NCBI GenBank assembly: GCA_964016885.1
Contig: OZ024741.1
Location: 278,690,001 to 278,754,000 of the forward strand
Reading direction: 5' to 3'
Length of the DNA: 64,000 bases
Source: Eledone cirrhosa
Lineage: Eukaryota
Shown here in pieces: positions 53,464 to 64,000 of the stretch. Within the stretch, counting starts at the first letter, position 1; each line of letters starts with the position of its first letter. The translations under genes and the position numbers were made by a program. The notes beneath the pieces were generated by a model. It made no database searches and had not been told where the DNA came from. It saw nothing but the letters and a program-made list of their open reading frames with translations.

Positions 53464-54438
53464 TTTTTCAGTTATAATGTAAAGCGCTCAACAATACATG
53501 AGCAGAATATATGCAAAAGTTCTATTTAAAATTGTTGGGATACAACAAGTAAATATTTTTATAACTGATATAAAGCACTCGACTAGTAATTGGAGTAGAT
53601 ATACGATATTAATAAATGGAAACTATATTTATAAAACCATATTTATTTCATTATACATATTTCAGGGATACCAAATTAAATTATGGTATGCCTTCATCAG
53701 ACAAAATACAATATATAACAGTTTTACAAATAAGCTTTGACGTACCCTATTAAAATGCAACCATTGTTTTTGGAAGTCATCCGGATAGTGAATTGTTTAT
53801 ATAACTTTAATAAATCATAGTGTTAAGGACAATTAGAAAAAGACGGAGAGAAAGAAAAAGACGGAGAGAAAGAAAAAACGTGGAGAAATATCGGAGAGAG
53901 AGATGCATGGAGAAAAAAAAGAAAGAGATAAGTAAAGACAGGAGGAAAGGAAGAAAGAAGAAAAAAGGAAGAAATAAGAAAAACAGAGGCAAGCAACAGA
54001 GAGATATTAAGTCAACAGACAGAGAGAAAAACTCAAGAGAGAGAAATGTTATATACAGAGAGAGGGAGATTATGATATTTCTCCACGTTTTTTCTTTCTC
54101 TCCGTCTTTTTCTAATTGTCCTTAACACTATGACTTATTAAAGTTATATAAACAATTCACTATCCGGATGACTTCCAAAAACAATGGTTGCATTTTAATA
54201 GGGTACGTCAAAGCTTATTTGTAAAACTGTTATATATTGTATTTTATCTTATGAAAGCATACCATAATTTAATTTGGTATCCCTGAAATATGTATAATGA
54301 AATAAATATGGTTTTATAAATATAGTTTCCATTTATTAATATCGTATATCTACTCCAAATACTTGTCGAGTGCTTTATATTTATATCAGTTATAAAAATA
54401 TTTACTTGTTGTATCCCAACAATTTTAAATAGAACTTT

Positions 54439-54486
<48 letters not shown>

Positions 54487-54774
54487 CATATCTGTATTTA
54501 TATATATATATGTATATATATATCACGATAAATTAACGGAGCCATAGGCCCTCGCCATTCCCTGTAAATAATGTGCTCAAAGGAGAAGAAATCCTGAGCT
54601 CTTTAAAATACAATATGTTGAAAAGGTAACACACCAGAGAGAGAGATACAGTGCGCTATCAATAAAACAGGGAAAAAACCACCAGTGTATGGAATCTATA
54701 ACCTATGAAAGGCAGAATATAGACACGATAATTAAAAATATAAATTAAAGCGTAAATAAATACCTCTATAACTA

Positions 54775-54920
<146 letters not shown>

Positions 54921-54984
54921 TATAAATATATATACATATATATAAATACAGAGATGTATTTCTATCAATACACACACACACACT

Positions 54985-55270
54985 GAGAATGGAGGCAAAG
55001 GTTCTTCGCTATAATCTGGTGTCCTTGGCCCCAGCATCACATCCCTACTCACCACCAATGGCAAGGAGTTGGCTGCCCGCAGGTGTGAACCTTGCAAGCT
55101 GGAATGGCTCTTCCAGCACGTCTCCCTCGCCATCCTCTGGAGAAATGCCTTCTCTATTCTGTCCACCAGGGCCACAGGGTGGCCTGCATGTAGGTTTCCA
55201 TTTACCCATAATAGTGAGGGTTGGGGAAAGTGACAGTGGGAGTTTGGCTCCATTGTGTCCGGACATGGTG
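54985..55270 (-). repeat. interspersed repeat fragment, possibly a LINE 5' region; homologous to 56695-56930
   Basis: Shared block tgtgg..(t/c)ggacagaatagagaag(g/a)catt.ctccaga in opposite orientations. Confidence 0.55.
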
Positions 55271-55519
55271 TATTTGTATGTATTTATTAACCACACCACA
55301 TTAATACTTCATATACTATATTAGGATATTAAATTATAACATATGCTACAGACCTACACTAGCATAGCCTAGCTTTGCACACATATCCAGACACTCATAT
55401 ATACACTCTCATTACATAGAATGTTCTATAAAAGCAGAATTTTGTAAATTGAAAATTTCCTATTTCACAAAATATAATATAGAAATAACATAAGATGAAT
55501 GCCAATTACTGAGATTATT

Positions 55520-55708
55520 GGCGGTGAATTGGCAATATCGGTAGAGGGTCGGACGCCATGCTTTCCAGCATAGTTATGTCCCTTTACGGTCTGAGTTCAA
55601 ATCCTGACGAGGTTAGCTTTGCCTTTCATCCTTACCGGGTCAATAAAATAAAGTACCAGTAATGCACTGGGTAATTGCTAGTCTTGTGCCAAAAGCAGAA
55701 ACAATTAT
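55520..55708 (+). mobile_element. full-length tRNA-derived SINE
   Basis: ggcggtgaat, A box tggcaatatcgg, B box gagttcaaatcc, and body ending cttgtgccaaaagcagaaacaatta. Confidence 0.88.
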
Positions 55709-56694
55709 TGGGGAAATATTTATTACGTAAAATAATTGATTTTTTACTTTATTATATAATATATCAGACATTATGTCCTGGTTTCAAATCATTCAAATGT
55801 GAAATTTCCTTCTTCTTAACATGAAGAACTGGGATAAATATTAACCAACTATATCCCTCCCCCCACCTGACTCACCCTACTTTCAGCAGAAATCTCAGTG
55901 CTTGTGCTTATGTTAGAAATCCATCAATACATGCCAAACTATCTGCTAGAGTTACTCATTATAAGATTTCCTTAATGACAAAAATAATTATCGCTAGCTG
56001 ACTGAACTAAAATTTTGTTATTCTGTTTTCCTTCTTCCTTCCAACCACATGTTATTCTAATATGTGAAGAATTTGTTTTAATTCAAATAACTGGATAATT
56101 TTCACTCTTAAAATAAACACTGATCGGCAACAAACATTAATTACTGCCGAAAAAACGAAAACCAAATGAAATATGAATTAAAATATAAGAAATCAGAAAA
56201 GTAAAGAAAAGAAAAGTTGATTATTTGAATATTTATGGTGAAAATAATTATAGAGAAAAAGATGAGTAAAATATAGCTACAGGTAAGTAACTGGTAAGAC
56301 AGTCACATGTTTTACTGTTATAGTAATTTAGTTTCCATGTAAATTTTGCCAAATTCTTCCTTGTGTCGAGTTTGGAGGAGAGATTGTATTTATGATGGAT
56401 TCAGAATTGAAATGGAATGGAATGAATAGACCTTAAAGTTGTTCTCTCTAACAAAAGCCTTCAATACTGTGAAGACGAAAACCTCATGGAAAATAATCTG
56501 CAGCCTCTGTTGTTCAGATGTGGTTTTAGTGAAGTAGTATGATTTAATAACAAATGGTTAAGATATATTCCAATAATAACTCAGCTTACCTAATTACACA
56601 GGTGGTGGCAGTTACCGCAATGCATAATTTTACTTGATTTTATTATAAAATTAAAAAAGTTCTTTTGGGACTTACATTTACTACTCACTATTTT

Positions 56695-56930
56695 AGGGTT
56701 AGTCTGTCTTGTGGTCTTAGCGGACAGAATAGAGAAGACATTGCTCCAGATGGAACAGCCACTCTAATTCGCAAGGCTCGCACTTGCGGGTAACCAACTC
56801 CACTCCAATAGCAGTGAGCAGTGGTGTGATCTGGGGAAGCCTAGAATGCCAGAAGTCCCTCTGCTACAGGCTCGAGCACAAACCAACCAGAGAGCGACTG
56901 ATACTTTGATAGTTTGCCTTTTTCAGCAAA
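56695..56930 (+). repeat. interspersed repeat fragment homologous to 54985-55270
   Basis: Same shared block as the 54985-55270 fragment. Confidence 0.5.
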
Positions 56931-57184
56931 TTATTTTGCGGTGGAATGGAAACATTGGTCAACGTTAGTAGGGACATGATAAGACCAATTGCTGTAGAAA
57001 ATGATGTCATGCAGGGTGACATCCTTGACCCAACTATCCTTTCCTTGTTTCCTTTTGTATGTATGCATCCCTAACTCCCGATGGAGTTTTAAGGGTGTCG
57101 TAGTGACATCTCCAAGCCTGAACACAGCCGATTTCTTCCAAAGAAAGGGGAAAGAATGTGAGAAAGATGTGAGAATAGCATAGA

Positions 57185-57330
57185 GAAAGAATTGACCCTG
57201 TACTGGACTGGTACATTTTATTTTTCAACTTAGAAAGTATGAAAGGCAAAATTAACCTCAACAGTAATTAAACTCAGAGAGCCGGAAAAAAATACTGCAA
57301 AGCATTTTATTCGATGTTCTAACAACTCAA
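57185..57330 (-). mobile_element. degenerate SINE copy
   Basis: actggtac...tgaaaggcaaaattaacctc...aactcag...aagcatttt. Confidence 0.65.
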
Positions 57331-57737
57331 AATTTAAATGAGCTGCGTGAAAATTCACAGATTGTAAAGCGGATGGTATAAACTTGATTAGTAATATAAG
57401 ATTGTATAAGTCTTTCCAGAGCTGCTAATTGAAAGTTTAAGGCGAAATAATTATAGAAAAAATGAATATCTATCTATCTTTCTATTTATCTATCTATCTA
57501 TCTATCTCTAGAAACATATCTATCTCTCTTTCTGTCTGACGTGTGGAACATCGCCGGTAAGCTTTTTTTTTCTATGCAAAAAACCGAACTAATTGTTTGA
57601 AAAAACATAACACTTTGTAGATTAACCCCCAAGCTGAATTGTCAGCTGGGTGGTAATCCCATTTTTCGCCCCTGTAGGGGCGAAAATTTTATTTTAAAAA
57701 TTTGTTTTAAAATATCAGATTTTACAAACTAAATAAC

Positions 57738-58978
57738 TTGAGCAACACAAGAACGCTGGAGAACGCTGGAGAACTCTGTGACACCAATGGTGTCAAAATC
57801 ATACACCTTTTCCCTACATACATGGGGAAAAGGACACAAAAAATAAAAATAAAAAACATACCTCCAAACATTAACATCTGGTGGATCTTGGCTGGCTTCG
57901 TAGAGCCAGAAACAGATATGATACTTTCAATACGAAAATCTATTCGACAAAGGTGGGCGAGTATTGATTTGGAGATTCTGTTGTAAATGAAACCGGAGAG
58001 AATCTCCAAAATACCCGAAAGAGTCGTTATTGATAATAACAACAAAATAAACATTTCGGTAGAAGGACGAACATTTCATTGCTTTCGCTGTGGTAGCACA
58101 GCTCACCTAAAAGCCTCTTGTCCACAAACACACAACAACATCATAAAAAAAACGCTATTACCAACACCAACACCAAAACAGCCACCACCACCACAAGTAC
58201 AACGACAGACGAAACGAGCAACCACACCAAAACAAACAGACACTCAACCAACAACAACAGAAAAAACAGAGACAACACCCCTGAAGAACACATCCCCACT
58301 CCATCCCACTCCATCAAACGCTACCACAAACACACATACCGAAACACCACCACCACACAACATATCCTTACCCCACACACCTGACGATGATTATTCATCG
58401 ACGGATGAAGCTGCCACTTCTTCTTTAAGTGAAGAAGAGGGAGAACCGCGGAAATCTAAAAAAAACAAAAAAAGAGACACCACAAAACCCCCAAAACTCC
58501 AATCACCAACACCAACACACAACCACAGACACAAACAACAACACAAACAACACCACAGTCAAACATCCCCCTATCAGCAAAGCCAGCACCAACACCACCC
58601 CAAACACAAGCACCCACCATAAAAAGAATACTCCCGGACGAACAACAAACTAAAACAACACAACAAAAACACAAACAACAATACGCATACATCAACACAA
58701 ACAACAAGAGTTTGATGGAGGTCATCTCCCAAAACCCCAAGGTGGAGACGGAAGGCAAAACTTTTGTCAAGGCAGAATCGTCTCCACACCTTAAACTTAT
58801 AAGAGTTTCTATGAAAACCTATAAAGACCTAAAAATTAAATTTTCACAGGACGTGGGCAACCCCTGCCACAAACCCATCAACCGCGTCCTGTTAAAATGT
58901 TTCCACACCCCACCCAACACCCCATCCAGCACCCAAATGGAGATTGAACAACTCGATCTCCAGGAAACGAAAAGGTAA
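57738..58978 (+). pseudogene. ORF1 (gag-like, CCHC knuckle), interrupted
   Basis: CFRCGSTAHLKASC followed by a low-complexity P/T-rich tail, with internal stops. Confidence 0.75.
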
Positions 58979-59019
58979 GTGCACCTTTCGTCCTTTTTCT
59001 CCAACTTTTCTTCACCAAC

Positions 59020-62000
59020 ATGGCTAGTTTACGAGTTGGAACCGTGAATGTGCGTGGCCTAGGGAAGCCCTGGAAACAGGGCCAACTTTTAAACGACCTT
59101 AGGTCACACAGTATGGATGTGATAGCCATCACCGAGTCCAGGATCCACAACAGGCAGCAACTAACCCCCATCTTCGACGACTTTGAGATCTACGCATCTC
59201 TCTGTCAGCCAGGAGGTGGAGAACTGGAATGGTATCCTAGATGCACGATGGGACTATGTGGGAGCATGTCCCAGTAGAGCGGGGTGCAACAGCCTCAAAA
59301 CTTTAATCGGCCAATTCCAACTGGCCGATAGGTATCGACTGGATTTCCCGACTGCACCACAGTGGACGTGGGTAAACCGCAGTGGGATATCTAGATCGTA
59401 TTTAGATAGGTTCTTCATTAGAGAAAGGGACAAGGAGATGTTAAGCTGTTCACGAATGCACATGGTTGCCTATTCAGATCACAAGTTAGTCGTCTGCTTA
59501 GTCAACCGTGATAGAATACATAGACAGGGTCCCGGATACTGGAAGCTGAACGTGTCGTTGCCGGCACGTAAAGCTTACAGTGAACGGATAAGTAGACTAG
59601 TCAAGCAACAGTTAACGGGAGCCATCGTCAACAATAGATGGTGGTACTCTCTCAATAAAGCAATTAGAATAGAATCGATAGAGTATAGCAGAGAGTTAGC
59701 CTTAGAGAAAAACAGAATAGAAAGAGAACTAGTAGCCAAGGTAGAGGAGGCACTTAGAAGTGGCAACGCGGCTAGAGTGTTAGCGTCGAGAACGGCACTG
59801 GACCAGTTCTTCGATGCGAAACACGAAGGCTGCGTGGTCAGAAGCAAAACACGTGCTCTAAGAAACGAAGGAGCGAAAGCTGTCAGCTGGGCCCGAGTGG
59901 CGGAGGCAAAAAGTGGCAACAAGTCCACGATTCGGTCTTTGAAAGACCAAAACGGACGCGTGCTACTTGACCCCAAGCAAATGTGCGCGGCCTTTCAGCG
60001 GCACTTTCCGCGACTGTTTGAGCAGAACGACAGTGAGCCGAACGGGGCAATGGACTTTAGTTCATACCTCGACGGCCTGCCGCGTCTCTCGAACACGGAC
60101 GCCGAGTTCTGTGAAACACCGATCACGGACACTGAGATACGGGACGCTCTGGGCCGCTGCGGGAAACGCAAGTCACCCGGTCTAGATGGTCTACCCTACG
60201 AATTTTACATAGGCATGCCGGACTTGTTCTCTGGCGTCCTCGAAGCCGTCTACTACAATTGGCAGCAGAACGGGAGAATTCCCAGTTCTGCAGGCAAGGG
60301 CGTAGTAACGCTGATCAGGAAAGACGAGAACAAGGGGGACGAAATTAACAACTTCAGGCCCATAACTCTGCTCAACACAGAGTTAAAGATTTTGGCCAAG
60401 GTGCTAGCGACGAGGTTGGAGCTTGTCGTCAATAACCTGATAGGGAAAGCGCAAACGTGTGCAATCCCGACCAGGTCCATACACGACAACCTCCACCTAA
60501 TGCGATACATCATAGAGAGGGTGGGTAGTAAACCCGGCTTCGGTGGGGCTCTGATCAACTTGGATCAGTCTAAGGCATTCGATAGGGTCGACCATCGATA
60601 CTTGGAAGCGGTTCTCAAGGCGGCCGGTTTCGGTCCCGTGTTCAGAGGATGGATCGAGGCGATGCACACCAGCATCTGCTCGAGGGTCAAGGTGAACGGC
60701 TACCTATCGGAGCCGTTCGCAATCATGCGTTCCATTCGACAGGGATGCCCTATCTCCTCCATTCTGTATGTATTGACTCTAGAGCCACTACTGCGGAAAT
60801 TGGAGCTGTTGCAGGGAATCCCTCTACAACCGGGACTGCGCAAAGCGGCGTCGGCTTATGCGGACGACGTGACGGTAATGGTGTCGAGCACCTCGGAAAT
60901 CGGGGTGATCGACAACTTACTGAAAGAATACGAAACGCTGACGGGAGTAAAACTAAACCCAGACAATTCTGTCGGTTTGCAACTCGGTACATGGAGAGGC
61001 AAACCGATGACATCCAACAGCGTCATTGGACGCTGGACGGACGGACCGGTGAAATTGCTCGGGGTCTGGTTCGGTCCAGACCTCCAGGTGGATAAAAACT
61101 GGAACGAGGTTACGGCCAAGGTGTTTGCACTCACTCAGAAGTGGGCAGAGTGCAAACTGTCCTTGAAAGGTCGAGCGGAGGTGGCGAACACTTTCATAGC
61201 GTCCGTCATCTACTACCGCTTGACTGTCGTGCCTTGTTCCCGTGAACACCTCACCAAGATGGAACGCATGCTCTTCCAGTTTCTATGGAAGAAGCAGGCT
61301 CCGCTGGTGAGGAGATCCGTCTGCTGTCAGCACCCTTCCAACGGAGGGATGGGAATGCCGTGGCTGATGATGCGCAAACATGCGGTGAGGCTGCGGCATC
61401 TCCAGGTATTCCTCACCGACCCCCAACCGGTGTGGGCACCGTTTGTGAGACAGGCTTTCCCACAGCTCGTCTCGCTAACGGAGCTGCCGTCCTGGGTGAA
61501 GAAAAGACCGAAAACGATGGGCGCCTGGCACATTGAATGCGCTCAGGCGCTTACAGTCCTCTGGCAAGCGGGCTCAGCAATCAGTGGAGACTCCACTTCG
61601 ACATTCTATAGGGGGATTGTACGTTACAAGGGCGACGACGTGTCCGGAGAGACTCTGGGCGTCGAAGACGTTGAGCTCACCAGTCTGTTTGGTAGGACTT
61701 TCCGCCCGGGACCTATGGACAGCTTCCAGAGGTCCCTGGCCTGGCAGTGCTACCGATGAGCTCTACCGGTTCGTGACAAGATCTACAGGCACGGACGCCT
61801 CGGCAGGGATCCTTCCAAGAGGACGTGTCCAAGATGTGCGCAGGACATTGAAACAGTTCTGCACGCAATTGTACACTTCCCGGGCGTAAGCGACCTGTGG
61901 AACTATGCAGAACAACTGCTGTCGCGTATGGGACAAATCCAGTTGACTGCCGAGTCCATAGTAAGGATCAAACCGCCAGCCTCTTTCAAAAACGAAAGAG

Positions 62001-62185
62001 AGGCGGTTTTTCTCTGTACGGTGGCTATGGTGAAAGAAGTTATATGGTGGACGAGGTTGAGAGGACTGAGGACAGATGCCTTTCTCTCCGGACAACAATT
62101 GATTCCCTTCTTTAAGTATCACTTTAGAAGGAGAATCAGGGTGGAAAGAGAGGCACTGCACCCCAGTAAATTTACTGAAAGGTAG
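59020..62185 (+). pseudogene. ORF2: APE (internally deleted), RT and C-terminal zinc-binding remnant
   Basis: GTVNVRGL, SYLDRF, YSDH, GPGYWKLN, SPGLDGL, FRPITLLN, DQSKAFDRV, RQGCP, YADD. Frame break near 59215, stop at 61757, then CPRC...ETVLH. Confidence 0.92.
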
Positions 62186-62473
62186 GTGAATGAAGCGAAA
62201 ATGGCCCGAGTGATTGGGCCTTCTCTGTTTATAAGCCTGTAGGTTGAGGAGAGCAAAAGGAAGAAAGGAGCACTTGCACAACACGCTCCTGGAGTTGAGA
62301 GTTGTTCTATCGACGGGGTATTAAACAACCCATTTGTGGTGCCTCCCCCCTATTGGAGATTTCGATTGTTGTAATTGTTTGTTTTTATATTTTTTACACG
62401 ACTGTATGTAAAATCCCCGGCATGTCTTTGTATTGTCCCCTTTTCTTGTTGCGCCCTTGTGGCTAATAAAGAA

Positions 62474-62559
<86 letters not shown>

Positions 62560-62744
62560 CTGTCTAGATAATTATCTGTCTGTCTGCTACCATTTAGAAC
62601 TAATTAACTAATTGCCAAGTGACTTCTATAGAGAGACGTGTAATCCTTACTACTTCCAACCTCCCACTTATGCCGTCTCTCTCACTTATTGTCTTCCTCG
62701 ATAGTCATCATGCATCCCATCACAGCACTTGACAAATTCACTCA

Positions 62745-62852
62745 CATCACCACCATTACAACAACAACAACAACTCCTCCTCCTCCTACTACTACTACTA
62801 CTACTACCACGACCACCACCATCAATACCACCACCACTGCCACCACCACCAT

Positions 62853-62912
<60 letters not shown>

Positions 62913-62918
62913 CATCAT
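62745..62918. repeat. compound trinucleotide repeat (ACA/CCT/ACT/ACC)n
   Basis: Read directly from the sequence. Confidence 0.95.
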
Positions 62919-63198
62919 CTGCTTCATTATGTACTTCTGGTGATTTCTAGGGGTGGGGCTTGTGCTGCAACTAGAAATCCTTCTGCCTCGTCCAGTGCTT
63001 CGTAGCCAGTTTTTTTGTACTTTGCTTGTCTACTTACTTTCTATTCAGCCTTTTCAGGTATTGGCTATGTAAGGATTTTTCTTGCCATCGTTTAAATATG
63101 GTATTCCAGGGGTCTATTTTCAGTTTCGATTTTAAGTTTTTCACAATTTCTGTTGTTGTTTCTTGTCTGTTTTCATTTTCCACTCTGCTAGCTGTTAA

Positions 63199-63542
63199 TC
63201 GACACGAGAGTGCAAGAGAAGGAGAGGGAGAAAATTAACCGATACCAGGACTTAAAGTGGGAGGTAAAAAGGATTTGGAACTGCCATGAAGTCGAAGTGG
63301 TCCCGATTGTCATAGGCGCACTAGGTACTATCTCAAAAAGTTTCCAGGGATGGTTAAAGAAAATTGGCCCCGCCACGCTTTTTGGAACGCTTCAAAAGGC
63401 ATGCTTGCTGGGAACAACAAGAACCCTCCGATACGTCCTGAATATCTGAGGCTGCAGGTAGTGGCTTGATATTCATTTCAACAAACTTTCCAGTTAACTA
63501 ACATCAGTGACTGAGACTCAAAGAATAATAATGATAATAATA
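63199..63542 (+). mobile_element. R4/Dong-like RLE LINE 3' fragment with (TAA)n tail
   Basis: EKINRYQDL...VVPIVIGALG...LQKACLLGT..L*, then a short UTR and aataataatgataataat. Confidence 0.8.
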
Positions 63543-63552
63543 TAAAAAAAAA

Positions 63553-64000
63553 GGCTACAGAAGGAATGCTAATGGCTGCGCAAGAGTAGACCCTCAAAAC
63601 GAAGTGGTTGAAACACCATATTTACAAGGAGGAGGCTAGCCCACTGTGCAGGATCTGTGGAGAGAGAGAGAGGAGACTGTGGCTCACATTGTATCCGAGT
63701 GTAAACACCTAGCCCAGACTCACTATAAGGGCTGGAGACATGATGTGATAGGCAGGGTGATCCACTGGCACCTATGCAAACTAAACAATTTACCACATTC
63801 TGAGAAGTGGTATGAGCATAAGCCAGAGTCGGTGATAGAAAACGATCAGGTGAAGGTGCCGTGGGATTTTAGGATACAGACGGACAAGAAACTGGAACAC
63901 AATAGACCTGACCTGGTGGTTTTGGACAAGGAAAACAGATCGTGCCTGATTGTGGATGTGGCCTTCCCATTCGACACGAGAGTGCAAGAGAAGGAGAGGG
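63553..64000 (+). mobile_element. second R4/Dong-like 5'-truncated copy, running off the window
   Basis: CRIC..EETVAHIVSEC, RHD, WDFRIQTD, NRPDLVV, IVDVAFP. 63971-64000 is identical to 63199-63228. Confidence 0.85.

Larger units (their letters stand above)
50108..54442 (-). mobile_element. PLE-4 (Naiad-type): full unit with pLTR direct repeats and an inverted tail
   Basis: Period 3493 bp (50111 vs 53604). 54075-54442 inverts about 53508-53893. (TA)n on both sides. Confidence 0.94.
57528..62473 (+). mobile_element. Tx1/L1-clade LINE, near full length and decayed, within (TATC)n
   Basis: Two-ORF layout, AATAAA at 62465, and (TATC)n at 57468-57524 and 62474-62560. Confidence 0.9.

Noticed and set aside
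55520-55610. tRNA gene
   Set aside because: A and B boxes are present, but the sequence continues into a repeated SINE body and I see no cloverleaf.
56275-56290. Splice donor-like CAG|GTAAGT
   Set aside because: Isolated motif with no supporting acceptor or reading frame.

Overview
Repeat-saturated animal DNA with no recognisable host gene. An octopod cephalopod is my guess from the SINEs and microsatellite density, but this cannot be proven from the window. Bases 1-18148 are a 51-bp satellite (about 355 units, with higher-order repeats) that ends in the Pol III head of a tRNA-type SINE; its monomer resembles that SINE head. The rest is a retroelement cluster: an intact RTE LINE with a PHD-like finger after the RT domain, five Penelope-like elements (PLEs; four Naiad-type), several non-coding elements with hammerhead-ribozyme (HHR) motifs, a decayed Tx1/L1 LINE in (TATC)n, tandem R4/Dong-like fragments, SINEs and a piggyBac-type MITE. 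The main pattern is that almost every PLE-derived insertion, across unrelated families, consists of two 5'-truncated copies joined head-to-head. Both 3' ends point outward, usually into (TA)n, and often join it at internal AT microhomologies. All alignments and folds were done by eye, and approximate boundaries are marked as such.
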